Assembly (NCBI GenBank): GCA_964016885.1 | Contig: OZ024752.1 | Span: 4,340,001 to 4,404,000, forward strand | Direction of reading: 5' to 3' | Source: Eledone cirrhosa | Lineage: Eukaryota | Length of the DNA stretch: 64,000 bases | Part shown: piece after piece, positions 11,878-27,094 of the stretch | How positions within the stretch are numbered: the stretch's first letter is position 1 | How the letters are laid out: each line of letters begins with the position of its first letter | Notes under the pieces: model-generated | Told to the model about the DNA's origin: nothing | The model's database searches: none | Seen by the model: only the letters and a program-made list of their open reading frames with translations | Position numbers and translations under genes: made by a program

Positions 11878-13259
11878 TTAAGGTGTCAGGGTGTGCTTTT
11901 AGCTGCTATTTCTAACTGGTCAAACAACTACATAAATGTATCTCTTGTGTGTTGTTACTTGTTGTTGAACCCCTGGTCAGTGATGTCCTCAAAGAGAACT
12001 TTGATGGGAGACACTCTAGCCATCACAATCCCATCTTTTATTTAACTTTTAATCTCCTGTACCACAAAAGTACAAAACATGTAATGATTGTATTACATTA
12101 AAAACTAAAGTCTTTACTCTAATACTGCAAATTTTCATAATGATCGGTCTACTACTAAAAGATACTATAAGCATTTGGATTAACAAACCCATTTCAAGAT
12201 ATTTTCTCCTTAATAATTACTGAATGTTAAAAATTAAACGCAGAGTGCCTAAAATTGTATTGTCTAATATGTCCCTCTTTTTTTAAGGCAATAGAGTGTT
12301 ATTCACAAGCGATGTTGCTACTATTTCAGTGATGTGTTAAGGAAATTGTTAAAGAGTCAGATAGGGTGGTGTATGGCATCTGATCTGTAGTTGTGTATTC
12401 TAAGTTCACATCCAGTCCCATTCTACCAGATGTTTCAATGGGAAGATAGTTCCAGCAAAGGGAAGACCAATAAGTACATTGTTTACTTGATTCAATCCAC
12501 CAATTTGCTCCATTCCTATTTTGGTTGTTATATCTTGTAAGATGAGTGACCACATATAGACTCCATCCATTGATTCATAAATATTGGTTATTCACAAATT
12601 AACAGGAGTGGGCTTTTTAGCTGTTTTTTTTTTATTGTTTAGATAGGTGGAGCAGAGCAGGGCAGTGTTAATGAACCTTTTCAATGTCTTCTAAGACTGA
12701 TAGATCTTCAAACTAGAAACATGACCCAAATGCTTGCGACAAGGAGCCTCTACGTTTTTGCTAGACCTGATAGAAACAGTAACCGAATTTCTATCAAATC
12801 GTACATACTCTACAGCAAAGCCTTCCAAACATTTCAAAATGTTGACGCAATTTATAAAATATAATTTTCTGTGAGACGTTAAATTTTGTTAGCAACACAA
12901 ATTTAATGAAATTATTAAATTAACAATGAGATATGATATCACATGTCACAATTGATGTGTTTAATTTTACACAGAGTTGTCAAATTTCAGAAATATATGC
13001 CACAGATAAATATTCATCGATATGGATCTGATTCTAATTTCACTTAATATCATTAATCACCTACAGATTATCAGCAATGCAGTAAAATGTTATGATACAC
13101 ACTTTGGAAATCCTTATCGTACAGTTTCAAAACTCAATGTAATCATAAATGTCCCTAAAAGATAGAATTGCCACAGTTGGAATGACAGATCATAGATGAA
13201 TTCCGTGTTCACCTGGAGCAAAATAACTACAACCATTACTAATACTATTATTTTGTAGT

Positions 13260-13545
13260 ACTGGCACTCCATTGGTTACAACGATGAGTTGGAATCAATG
13301 GAACAGCTTGCTTATGAACTTAACGTGCAAGTAGCTGAACATTCCACAAACATGCATACCCTTAACGTAGTTCTCAAGGAGATTCAGCGTGACACAGAAT
13401 GTGACAAGGCTGGCTTTTCAAATTACAGGTACAACAAAGTGAAGTAAAGTACCTTGCTCAAGGACACAATGTGCCGCCAGGAATCGAACTCACAACCTTA
13501 CGATTGTGAGCCAAATACCCTAACCTCAAAGCCATGTGCCTTCAC
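13260..13545 (-). mobile_element. tRNA-derived SINE (family 2)
   Basis: Minus-strand B-box GTTCGATTCC then TGTGTCCTTGAGCAAG; relatives at 25480-25720, 46895-47012, 61860-61950. Confidence 0.7.
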
Positions 13546-13714
13546 AACAACCATTAGTAATATGAAGTCAAAGGACATAATGCTGCACAAAATGACTGTT
13601 TAACCCTTTAGCATTTAAACCAGCCGTATTTGGCCTGAATTCTTTCACCTCTTTTTGTTCAAACCTGTCGTAACCAAACGTCATACCAATGTTAAGGTAT
13701 CGTCCTCAAAATAA

Positions 13715-14235
13715 GGATTTCTGATTTAGTCACAAGGCCAGCAATTTGGGGGCAAAGGGAAAGTCGATTAAATCGACCCCAGTGCATTACTGGTGCTTTA
13801 TTTTATCGACCATGTAAGGATGAAAGGCAAAGCTAACCTCGGCGGGATTTGAACTCAGAATGTAAAGGGCCATGACACTATGCTGTAAAGAATATTGCCT
13901 GACACTCTATTGATAACGCTAATCCACCATCCATATAACACTAATAATAATAATAGTAATAAAATATACAGCTGAGTCTAGATGAATTAAGAGACACAAA
14001 ATTGCCTATCATGTAACACAAATGAATTCTAAGACACAGTCTTCGGTGATGCAGTTGTCTTAATAATAATGTTTCTGCTTTTTGCAAAAGGCCCGCAATT
14101 ACCCCAGTGCATTACTGGTGCTTTATTTTATCGACCCAATAAGGATGAAAAACAAAGTTAACTTTGGCGGGATTTGAACTCAGAACGTAAAGGGCCATAA
14201 CTCTGCTGCAAAGCATGGTGCCTCACGCTTGGATC
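13715..14235 (-). mobile_element. Two copies of SINE family 1
   Basis: Reverse complement of the 15705-15900 consensus. Confidence 0.7.
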
Positions 14236-15227
14236 TTTAACAGTGATATATGTATGATAGACATACAGGAACATTATCTTTATTTAACATCTGTCACCAT
14301 AGACGAAGTCAATACTTAATCAGAGCTACTGACCTTTGAGACTGGCCAGGGGTCACATCTCACTTCTATATGCTGCTGAAATCTACAGGGTGCACCCAGG
14401 ACATTTTCTCTTGGCACCAGCACTGTGGAGATTATCATGTCTTGGACAGAACAGAAGAATATTCTACCTTTAGTTTGGCAAGTTGCTGGATGCCCTTTCT
14501 ATCACCAGCCACAGAATGTAACTAGAAAATACAAGCCATTCTACTGATTTCATAACATGAAAACATATTTCAGCTTACAGTTTTAATATGTTTTAAGCTT
14601 ATAAAAATGCTTTTATTATGTAGGAAAATATATTTGTACAGTTAAAATATATTTAATAACATATTTATACTTACTGTTTAAATATATTTTTGATATATAA
14701 ATATGTTTTAAGCATGTTTGGAAATATATTTGCATAGTTAAAATATATATTTAAATACTTCAAAACATATTTAAGCTTGCTGATTAAACATGTTCTAGAC
14801 ATACAAATATGTTTAAAACATGAAAATATTTGAATACTTAAAAACATAAATAACATTAGGTTAATTTATAAAGCATGGGGAAAATTTGAAAATTTAAATT
14901 TGAAAATATGCTAACGTCAATGCAGATAACTATAAATTATAGTTGAATAAGTTGGTAAAGTATCCCTGGTAACAGAAAAACGTAGACAGAGACACCCATG
15001 GGAATCAAACCAGTACCTCTCATATGTTTATCCCTTTAGCATTTAAACTGGCCATATCCGGTCAAAATTCTCCCACCTCTTTCTTTTCAAACCGGCCATA
15101 ACCAGCTGCTACTACATATGTTAAGATATTGTTCTCAAAATAAATAATGTAAAAACCTCGTAGATTCAATATTATGCTCCAGCAGGGCCACAGTCCAATG
15201 GGTTGAAAGGACAAAAGGAATAGAATA

Positions 15228-15291
<64 letters not shown>

Positions 15292-15704
15292 GTATATATA
15301 TTTATATATATACACAGTTCAAGAGTAACCAATCTTAAAGAGAGAGATGGAGATAGTAGAGGAGATAGGAGAGGAGAGATTGGTGAATTAGTTAGAAGTC
15401 AAAGCGTAAAGGCATGTGCTGAATGTGCAATATGCAGTAGAAAGCAGCTAGGTGGCTGGGTTCATGCAGCAGTTAGGCGCGCAGAGCTGGAAATATTCAT
15501 TAGTTAAGCAAAACAAGACCACAAATTTCACAAGGAAGACATTATTAAAAGATTGTCAACATATTTTAGTTTGATGTAAGGAATGTAGAGAATAATAATA
15601 ATAATATTAATAATAATAATGTCCGTTTACAATTGTTTCGCTACTCCATATAATATTTCTGGATCAGATGACTATATATCATTATTGATCTGGTTCATTA
15701 TTGA

Positions 15705-15900
15705 AAGGTGGGTGAATTGGCAGTATCAGTAGAGGGTCGGACGCCATGCTTTGTAGCATAGAGTTACGCCCCTTTATGTTCTGAGTTCAAATCCCTCCAA
15801 GGTTAACTTTGCCTTTCATCCTTACGGGGTCGATAAAATAAAGTACCAGTAATGTACTGGGATAAATGCTGGCCTTGTGCCAAAAGTAGAAACAATTATT
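15705..15900 (+). mobile_element. tRNA-derived SINE (family 1, Nin-like central domain)
   Basis: A-box-like TGGCAGTATCAG, B-box GAGTTCAAATCC, core TTTGCCTTTCATCCTTACGGGGTCGATAAAATAAAGTACC; well over ten copies in the window. Confidence 0.8.
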
Positions 15901-16099
15901 GATCTGGTTGAAAATAATTAACATATTTAAAACAGAGCGGCTCATCAGAATATAAATTAAAATAAGGAGAGAATGTTACATAATGTAATGTTCCATATAT
16001 TGGTATTTCACTATGGTGTCCTGGGTGTATCAGTTGTCAGCCATAATCAAGCAGTATTCATCTGTCGAAGCTGCATTGTGTGAGATCTGCCTATGGGTC

Positions 16100-16155
<56 letters not shown>

Positions 16156-16156
16156 C

Positions 16157-16187
<31 letters not shown>

Positions 16188-16280
16188 TATATGCATATAT
16201 ATGCATATATATATATATATATGCATATATATATATATATATATATGCATATATATATATATGCATATATATGCATATAT

Positions 16281-16527
16281 CATCATCATCATCATCATCA
16301 GCGTTTAACGTCCGTGTTCCACGCTTGCATGGGTTTGGACGGGGGTAGTCCCACTTGAGGCAAGAGTGATTGTCTTGCTCGCATAGGACTGTCTGGCAGG
16401 TTTTCTACAGTTGGATGCCCTTCCTAACACCAACCACATTTACAGTGTGGGTCTGGGAGGTTTTTACCGTGTTGCCTACACGGCCACATTACAGCGTGGA
16501 CTGTGTGTTTTTTTGTCGTGACACCTA
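16281..16527 (-). mobile_element. RTE LINE family A2, 3' fragment
   Basis: Matches 3'UTR of 7025 copy; GCATATAT-type tract on both flanks. Confidence 0.9.
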
Positions 16528-16589
16528 TATGCATATATATATATATATATATGCATATATATATATATATGCAAATATATGTATATGTA

Positions 16590-16620
<31 letters not shown>

Positions 16621-16629
16621 GCATATATA

Positions 16630-16669
<40 letters not shown>

Positions 16670-16767
16670 TATGTATATATATTCATATATATGCATATAT
16701 ATATATATTCATATATATGCATATATATATATATATATATGCATATATATATGCATATATATATATA

Positions 16768-16807
<40 letters not shown>

Positions 16808-17038
16808 TATATATATATATATGAACAATTAAGTGTTTTTATATATATATGCATATATATATATACATATATATGTATATGTATATATGTATATGTATAT
16901 ATGTATATGTATATATGTATATATATATATGTATATGCATATATATATATGTATATATATATACGTATATATGTATATGTATATATGTATATGTATATAT
17001 ATGTATATGTATATATATATACATATATATGTATATAC

Positions 17039-17070
<32 letters not shown>

Positions 17071-17164
17071 GTATATGAATATATATATATGTATATATAT
17101 ATATATGTATATGCATATATATATATGTATATATATATACGTATATATGTATATGTATATATGT

Positions 17165-17196
<32 letters not shown>

Positions 17197-17311
17197 GCAT
17201 ATATATATGTATATACGTATATGTATATATATATATATGTATATGTATATCTGTGTATATCTATCTGTATATGTATATCTATATATGTATATCTATATAT
17301 GTCTATTTATA

Positions 17312-17392
<81 letters not shown>

Positions 17393-18134
17393 TAAAATAA
17401 CAGATTAAAGTTTAAGCAAAGAATCGCTGCTTTCACCCTTAACGGGATCTTCTGAAACTAACAAAGTCAAACTGTAAACGCAGAACTGGATATTTCAAAA
17501 AACGTTGCAACCGGAGGAAGACAGGAAGACGATACTTTGGTTCGTGGTAACGTTCGCTGGCAAAGAACGGGAAAAAACGAATATAATACGTCATTATTTG
17601 GAGCGGTGAAAAACAATTACACGCAAAGACAGAACCACGTTTATGGTATAAAAGAGGTCGTAGACTAATGTTCTCTTAGGTGGTGCATAGAGACGTTCTC
17701 TGGCAATGAACGGAAAAAACGAAGATAATAAGTCATATGTGGAGCGGGGAGAACAATTGCACGCAAAGACAAAACCACGTAAATGGTATGTGTGTGTGTG
17801 TGTATATGTATATCTATACATATGTATATGTATATATGTATACATATATATATGTATATATGTATACATATATATATGTAATGTTATCTATACATATGCA
17901 TATGTATATATGTATACATATACATATATATATGTATATATGTATACATATATATATATGTATATGTATATATGTATACATATATATATATATGTATATA
18001 TGTATACATATATATGTATATGTATATCTATACATATATATATCTATACATATATATATATGTATATATGTATACATATACATATATATATATGTATACA
18101 TATACATATATATATGTATATATGTATACATATA

Positions 18135-18694
18135 CATCATCATCATCATCATCATCATCGTTTAACGTCCGTGTTCCATGCTTGCATGGGTTTGGACGGG
18201 AGTTTTCCCACTTGAGGCAAGAGTGGTTGTCTTGCTCGCATAGGACTGTCTGGCGGGTTTTCTACAGTCGGATGCCCTTCCTAACACCAACCACATTTAC
18301 AGTGTGGGGCTGGAGGTTTTTACCGTGTTGCCTACACGGCCACATTACAGCGTGGACTGTCTGGCAGGTTTTCTACAGCTGGATGCCCTTCCTAACACCA
18401 ACCACATTTACAGTGTGGGACTGGGAGGTTTTTACCGTGTTGCCTACACGGCCACATTACAGCGTGGACTGTGTGTTTTTTTGTCGTGACACCTACACGA
18501 TCTCATTTGTTTCGGCCTGGATGGCGTGGCACCAACATAACTTTACATAGAATGGGGTGGTGTGGATGGGGTGGGGGTGGTGGGACGGGGGGTGTATTTT
18601 GTTAGAGATGCCTACTGACTGTAGTAGGTTTTACTTTGTATTTAGGTAACGCGGGTCTTCTCTGTTACTGAGTACCGCCAAAGGTCTCGGTCCA
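18135..18694 (-). mobile_element. RTE LINE family A with internal ~111-bp duplication
   Basis: Unit bounded by GGACTGT at 18243, 18354, 18466. Confidence 0.9.
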
Positions 18695-18747
18695 TATATA
18701 TATGTATATATGTATATACATATATATATGAATATGTATATACATAT

Positions 18748-19048
<301 letters not shown>

Positions 19049-19320
19049 ATATATACCATAAACGTGGTTCTGTCTTTGCGTGTAATTGTTTTTCACCGCT
19101 CCAAATAATGACGTATTATATTCGTTTTTTCCCGTTCTTTGCCAGCGAACGTTACCACGAACCAAAGTATCGTCTTCCTGTCTTCCTCCGGTTGCAACGG
19201 TTTTTGAAATATCCAGTTCTGCGTTTACAGATTGACTTTGTTAGTTTCAGAAGATCCCGTTAAGGGTGAAAGCAGCGATTCTTTGCTTAAACTTTAATCT
19301 GTTATTTTAATAAATATATG

Positions 19321-19403
<83 letters not shown>

Positions 19404-19532
19404 AATGTAGGAGGTGAGTTTTATTGTAGCACAATAAAGCAATGCAAATATCGGATAATTACCACTCAACAGTTTATAGGACTGGAGTATAAATAATATA
19501 AGATCAAAAGATGGTTAAAAGGGTTCCAAGTA

Positions 19533-19599
19533 TTTTATTATGCGCATTTCAAAAACAAATATCATCATGGGATGATATTTGCGTTCTCATCAGATAAAG
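19533..19599 (-). ncRNA. Type I hammerhead ribozyme (ATGCGCAT family)
   Basis: Intact core, 11-bp perfect stem II CAAATATCATC/GATGATATTTG; pseudo-LTR 19403-19670. Confidence 0.8.
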
Positions 19600-19872
19600 T
19601 AGGGAGACATGATATGAAGCTTAAAAAACACTTGCGAGCAGTGAAGTGTTAAATTAACATATCAACATTTTGTATATGTATATATATGTTTATATGTATA
19701 TATGTATATATATGTATATATATATGTATATGTATATATGTGTATATATATATGTATATATGTATATATATGCATATGTATATATTTATATGTATATATG
19801 TATATATATATATATGTATATGTATATTTATATATATATGTATATATGTATCTGTATATATATACATGTGTA

Positions 19873-19943
<71 letters not shown>

Positions 19944-20028
19944 ATATATGTATATATGTATATATATATGTATGTCTATATGTATATGTATATATGTATA
20001 TATATATATGTGTATATGTATATATATG

Positions 20029-20071
<43 letters not shown>

Positions 20072-21239
20072 ACAATACACACAAAACAAAAGCCATCCAG
20101 CTTCCCGTTCTGTCTTCTTTCCTACCTCCTCTTCCTAAACATCCTTTCATCTACAACCAGACCCCTTTCAACAATATAACCCTCCCTTAATCCCCCCTCA
20201 ACCTAACTCCCCCCCTCTCTCACCCCCCTCCCTATCTCATCACCCCCTCCCTATCTCATCACCCCCACTCTCTCATCACCCCCTCCCCTCTCAACGGACT
20301 TCCGTCATTCTGGCGCGCGTACACAGACACAGATACACACTTGAGCAGGTTTACACCGACACACACAACATGTGAGCAAACGCACACTGACACACGCACA
20401 CACGTGTGCAAGCTTACACCGAAACACACACATACGCGCGCATACACGGGAGCCAACGTATACAGGCGCACACGCACACGTGAGCATTGACACACACACA
20501 CACAAGTGAGCATTGACACACACACACACATGTGAGAATTGACACACCCTCATACATTTACGTACGCAGACATACACACACCAACACCCATTTTACTAAC
20601 AGATCTCTGCCCTAAGGTCCCTTCTCCCTGCCCACTGAAACCCCTTTTTCACCCCCACGCCCCCATCCCACCATCCAACCACAGCCTCCTTCACCCCCCC
20701 CCCCCATATACTTCTTTGTCCCTCCCCTCTCCTACTCTCACCCTTCTTGTACCCGCTTTGCCAGCACTCCACCCTGCCTTTTACCTCAACACACACACGT
20801 CAGCATCAGTAAACACACACACACACACACACACACACAAACCATTAACCCAATCCCATCCTCAGGCCATACTCACGTACATCAGTAAACGCACACACAG
20901 TAAACACACACACACAGCATATATACTGATCCTCAGCCACACACACATCCTTAACGTACAAACACATATATCTTAGTACAAATGCACACACATCCTCAAC
21001 ACACACACACATCCTCAACACACACACACATCCTCAACACACACACACATCCTCAACACACATACACACACCTATATTTACACAGTCACGAACCAACCTC
21101 TCATTACCCTATCCACCTCGTTCTTCACAAACCTACCCCACCGCATACATTGCACCGCCTCTTAATTCTCCTGCCTTTGTTGTTGTCATCGTTGTTGTGG
21201 TTGTAATGGTGGGAATATAGAGGAGGAGGAGGAGGTGGT

Positions 21240-21406
21240 TGTGGTGGTGGTGGTGGTGGTGGTGGTGGTGGTGGTGGTGGGGAGGCTATTGATGAGGTGG
21301 TGGTGGTGGGGTGGATATTAGTTTATGTATGTATATATTAGTGATTAATTGGAAGTGGTTGAGGAAAAATTTACCACCACTACCATTACTACTACTACTA
21401 CTACCT

Positions 21407-21454
<48 letters not shown>

Positions 21455-21469
21455 GTGGTAGTAATAGTG

Positions 21470-21506
<37 letters not shown>

Positions 21507-21647
21507 TACTGGTACTGACATGACTAGAATGGTTTATCATTTAAATTCTGCTCAATGGGGACTGACCTAGGGCTAAACTAAAATAAGAGAAAGTAGTGGT
21601 AGCGGTGGTAGTAGTGGTAGTAGTGGTGGTGATAGTGGTAGTAGTTA

Positions 21648-21681
<34 letters not shown>

Positions 21682-21686
21682 TGTAA

Positions 21687-21720
<34 letters not shown>

Positions 21721-21850
21721 AGTAGTAGTGGTAGTGATAGTAGTTGTGGTAGTGGTGGTAGTAGTGGTAGTGATAGTAGTTGTGGTAGTTGTGGTGGTAG
21801 TGGTGGTAATAGTAGTTGTGGTAGTGGTGGTAGTAGTGGTGGTGGTATGG
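21240..21850. repeat. GGT/TAC/GTA trinucleotide microsatellites
   Basis: Direct reading. Confidence 0.9.
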
Positions 21851-21975
21851 AGGGGAGGAGGTAAATGTATTTATTTGTAAAGAGATGTGTTTTTAATAGT
21901 TGCAACAGTAACAACAACAAAGGCAGAGACACTACCACTACCACTACTATTACTACAACTACTGTTACTACTACT

Positions 21976-22572
21976 ACTGGCACCACTACCACTGTCACAA
22001 CTACCACTACTACTACTGGCACTACTACCACTGTCACAACTACCACTACTACTACTGGCACCACTACCACTGTCACAACTACCACTACTACTACTGGCAC
22101 TACTACCACTGTCACAACTACCACTACTACTACTGGCACCACTACCACTGTCACAACTACCACTACTACTACTGGCACTACTACCACTGTCACAACTACC
22201 ACTACTACTACTGGCACCACTACCACTGTCACAACTACCACTACTACTACTGGCACTACTACCACTGTCACAACTACCACTACTACTACTGGCACCACTA
22301 CCACTGTCACAACTACCACTACTACTACTGGCACTACTACCACTGTCACAACTACCACTACTACTACTGGCACCACTACCACTGTCACAACTACCACTAC
22401 TACTACTGGCACTACTACCACTGTCACAACTACCACTACTACTACTGGCACCACTACCACTGTCACAACTACCACTACTACTACTGGCACTACTACCACT
22501 GTCACAACTACCACTACTACTACTGGCACCACTACCACTGTCACAACTACCACTACTACTACTGGCACTACT
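21976..22572 (+). repeat. 39-bp minisatellite, ~15 copies, 78-bp higher-order dimer
   Basis: ACTGGCAC(C/T)ACTACCACTGTCACAACTACCACTACTACT with alternating C/T. Confidence 0.9.
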
Positions 22573-22614
22573 GCCACTATCATAACTACTACTAGTACTA
22601 CTGTCACATGCAAC

Positions 22615-22721
22615 TTACTACAACTACCTCTACCACTATTAATGCTACTACCACTAGTACTACCTCTACCATTACTACTACTACTACTACTACTACCTCT
22701 AGCACCACCACTACTACTACA

Positions 22722-22753
<32 letters not shown>

Positions 22754-23855
22754 CATCACCACTACTACTACCATCACCACTACTACTACTACTACTACCA
22801 TCACCACTACTACTACTACCACCACCACCACCACTACTACTACTACTACCATCACCACTACTACTACTACTACTACCATCACCACTACTACTACTACCAC
22901 CACCACCACCACTACTACTACTACTACCATCACCACTACTACTACTACTACTACCATCACCACTACTACTACTACCACCACCACCACCACTACTACTACC
23001 ACCACCATCACCACTACTACTACCACCACCACCACCACTACTACTACCACCACCACCACCACTACTACTACTACCACCACCACCACCACTACTACTACTA
23101 CCACCACCACCACCACTACTACTACTACCACCACCACCACCACCACTACTACTACTACTACCATCACCACTACTACTACTACTACCATCACCACTACTAC
23201 TACTACCACCACCATCACCACTACTACTACCACCACCACCACCACTACTACTACCACCACCACCACCACTACTACTACTACCACCACCACCACCACTACT
23301 ACTACCACCACCACCACCACCACTACTACTACCACCACCACCACTACTACTACTACCACCACCACCACCACTACTACTACTACTACCATCACCACTACTA
23401 CTACTACTACTACCATTACCACTACTACTACCACCACCACCACCACTACTACTACTACCACCACCACCACCACTACTACTACTACTACCATCACCACTAC
23501 TACTACTACCACCACCACCACCACTACTACTACTACTACTACCACCACCACCACTACCACCACCACCACCACTACTACTACCACCACCACCACCACCACT
23601 ACTACCACCACCACCACTACTACTACTACCACCACCACCACCACTACCACCACCACCACCACTACTACTACTACCACCACCACCACCACTACTACTACTA
23701 CCACCACCACCACCACCACTACTACTACCACCACCACCACCACTACTACCACCACCACCACCACCACTACTACTACTACCACCACCACCACCACCACCAC
23801 TACTACTACCACCACCACCACCACCACCACTACCACCACCACCACTACTACTACA
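22615..23855 (+). repeat. Compound (CTA)n/(CCA)n microsatellite
   Basis: Direct reading. Confidence 0.95.
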
Positions 23856-23940
23856 GCAACCAATAAATACTGCTTTGGTGAGGGAATAAAAAGTGACTAA
23901 AATTGTTTCATTTCAAGAGAGATGGTGGCGAAAAGAATGA

Positions 23941-25040
23941 TCCCCCCCCTCTATTCCACTGCCCGTGTGTCAGGCCGTCAGCTCTCCCCCTCTATTCGAC
24001 TGCCCATGTGTCAGGCCGTCAGCTCCCCCCCTCTATTCGACTGCCCGTGTGTCAGGCCGTCAGCTCCCCCCCTCTATTCGACTGCCCGTGTGTCAGGCCG
24101 TCAGCTCCCCCCCTCTATTCCACTGCCCGTGTGTCAGGCCGTCAGCTCTCCCCCTCTATTCGACTGCCCATGTGTCAGGCCGTCAGCTCCCCCCCTCTAT
24201 TCGACTGCCCGTGTGTCAGGCCGTCAGCTCTCCCCCTCTATTCGACTGCCCGTGTGTCAGGCCGTCAGCTCCCCCCCTCTATTCGACTGCCCGTGTGTCA
24301 GGCCGTCAGCTCCCCCCCTCTATTCGACTGCCCGTGTGTCAGGCCGTCAGCTCCCCCCCTCTATTCGACTGCCCGTGTGTCAGGCCGTCAGCTCTCCCCC
24401 TCTATTCGACTGCCCATGTGTCAGGCCGTCAGCTCCCCCCCTCTATTCGACTGCCCGTGTGTCAGGCCGTCAGCTCCCCCCTCTATTCGACTGCCCATGT
24501 GTCAGGCCGTCAGCTCCCCCCCTCTATTCGACTGCCCATGTGTCAGGCCGTCAGCTCCCCCCTCTATTCGACTGCCCATGTGTCAGGCCGTCAGCTCCCC
24601 CCCTCTATTCCACTGCCCGTGTGTCAGGCCGTCAGCTCCCCCCCTCTATTCCACTGCCCGTGTGTCAGGCCGTCAGCTCCTCCCCTCTATTCCACTGCCC
24701 GTGTGTCAGGCCGTCAGCTCCCCCCTCTATTCGACTGCCCATGTGTCAGGCCGTCAGCTCCCCCCCTCTATTCGACTGCCCATGTGTCAGGCCGTCAGCT
24801 CCCCCCTCTATTCGACTGCCCGTGTGTCAGGCCGTCAGCTCCCCCCTCTATTCGACTGCCCATGTGTCAGGCCGTCAGCTCCCCCCTCTATTCGACTGCC
24901 CGTGTGTCAGGCCGTCAGCTCCCCCCTCTATTCGACTGCCCATGTATCAGGCCGTCAGCTCCCCCCTCTATTCGACTGCCCATGTGTCAGGCCGTCAGCT
25001 CCCCCCTCTATTCGACTGCCCGTGTGTCAGGCCGTCAGCT
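23941..25040 (+). repeat. GC-rich 40-41-bp minisatellite, ~27 copies
   Basis: CTCTATTCGACTGCCCRTGTGTCAGGCCGTCAGCTCCCCC(C). Confidence 0.95.
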
Positions 25041-25300
25041 CTTGCTCAATCTCATACAATTTTCCACACCACACTAATATCTATTAAACCACCACTTCTA
25101 TACTATACTATCCCCACCACACCACACTACACTATCACTTCTACCACCACCCCTTCAACACTTTACTATCAACACTACACTATACTATAAATACATGTGT
25201 GTGTGTGTGTGTCAAGTGTTCAACTAATATTTCTTAATTGTACTGTGTTGTTTGCTTTGTTGCTTCCGTTTACACACACACACACATATATATATATATA

Positions 25301-25446
25301 GGAAAAGAGTCAGATCGGATCTAGCTGTCGAAACGGCCGGAGCTCAGCCGTCGGGGTCCTGACTCTTTTCCTATTACCCACTCTACTACCCCTACCCTAA
25401 GTATCGAGTACTCTGGTGCGTAATGGTCCACCTGGTTTCTTACCAC
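25301..25446. mobile_element. Second, internally deleted copy of the 657-846 element
   Basis: Shares GTCGAAACGGC..GAGCTCAGCCGTCGGGGTC and the tail. Confidence 0.6.
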
Positions 25447-25799
25447 ACTTTTTTTTTTTTTATATATATAAAATGTTGAAGGACCTCCATCGTTTTCGAC
25501 GACGAGTGATCCAGTTGATTCATTCAACGGAACTGCATGCTCGTGAAATTATCATCTAAGTGGCTGAGCATTCCAAAGACACGTGCATCCTTAAGGCATG
25601 AACTGGAGTAACATAAAATAATGTGTCTTGCTGAAGAACACTACGTGACGCTCCGCAAATTGAACTCGTGACTTTACAATTGTCAGCCGAACGCACTAAC
25701 CACTAAGCAACGTGATTTACTAGTTGACACTAATACGACCATCATTTAATATCCTGCTAAATAGAGTATAGATATTATTATAGGATAGAATATGGTTGG

Positions 25800-26340
25800 G
25801 TGATGGATTGGCAGTATCGGTAGAGGGACGGACGCCATGCTTTCCAGCATAGTTACGTCCCTTTATGATCTGAGTTCAAATCCCGCCGAGGTTAACTTTA
25901 CTTTTCAACCTTACGGGGTCGATAAAATAAAGTACTAGTAATGCACTGGATAATTGCTGGCCTTGTGCTACAAAGTAGAAACACAATTATCAGAGGATAG
26001 AATGTCATACGATTAGGCTTAAATGAATTCCCATTTCACCAGCGAAATTATTTAACAATAATTGTTTCTACTTTTGGCACAAGGCCAGCAATTTAAAGAT
26101 GGGGGAATGTCGGTTAAATCGACCCCAGTGTATTACTGGTACTTTATTTTATCGACCCCGTAAGGATGAAAGGCAAAGTCAACAATGAATTCTGATGCCA
26201 CCACTAACCACTACCACTACTATTTGAGGGGAGGGGAAAGTCGATTAAAGCGTCCTCAGTGTATTACAGGTATTTTATTTTGTCAATCCCGTAAGGATGA
26301 AAAGTAAAGTTAATCTCGGCGGGATTGGTTTAATAATAAC
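25800..26340. mobile_element. SINE family 1 cluster (one + copy, minus-strand fragments)
   Basis: Similarity to 15705-15900. Confidence 0.7.
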
Positions 26341-26701
26341 ATAACTACAACAACAATATTAGATTTATGGTCTGCAATTTACCATAACCCACCTGCAGCC
26401 CTTATTTATTTATGTTCATACAATAAAAAAAGAAAGAAAAAGAAACCGCTACCAAATATTTCAAGGCCCAAATTCGTTCATACTTCCGGAATATGAGAGG
26501 CATAACATTTGTGACCTTTCTTCAGGCCTTCTTGTGACGTTTCTTCGTGTCTGAAGAAACCTTGGGAACGAGTTTATAAGATACCGTTGAAAGTAAATTT
26601 TCTTTATAACTGCTACACACACACATATACAAACACTATATATATATATATATATATAGCTACACACACACATATACACACATATACACATATAAACACA
26701 C

Positions 26702-26751
<50 letters not shown>

Positions 26752-26989
26752 AAAGTTAAACAAGGTTCAATGAATACATCAAAGAATGAGTTTTACAATA
26801 GATTGGAAGCACTCAACAGTTATATGGTTTTCCAGAGTTATTAATATTAATTCAAAATATTAACAAAATAGATATTCTTGTGATCAATTATATTTATTAT
26901 ACATATTTCAGAGGTACTGAGTTAAGTTCAACAGTACTTGACTGAATCTTAACCATCTACTATGTCAGGGTATGTCATGCATCATCTTA

Positions 26990-27052
26990 TTTTATCTGAT
27001 GAGGACGTACTGTTGAAGATAGCTCAGTACCTCTGAAATATGTATAATAAAA
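26990..27052 (+). ncRNA. Type I hammerhead ribozyme in fold-back element 26750-27100
   Basis: TTTTAT-CTGATGA-GGAC-GTACTG...CAGTAC-CTCT-GAA-ATATGTAT-A-ATAAAA. Confidence 0.75.
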
Positions 27053-27094
27053 TATAATTGATCACAAGAATATCTATTTTGTTAATATTTTAAA

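Noticed and set aside
12326-12620. Possible host exon in complex sequence
   Set aside because: No recognisable domain in any frame and no convincing splice sites
21596-23900. Poly-Thr/Val/Pro-Leu ORFs
   Set aside because: Trinucleotide repeats open in several frames on both strands; no gene structure
23903-25190. CRISPR array or Cys-rich repeat protein
   Set aside because: Contiguous tandem units with no spacers; period not a multiple of three
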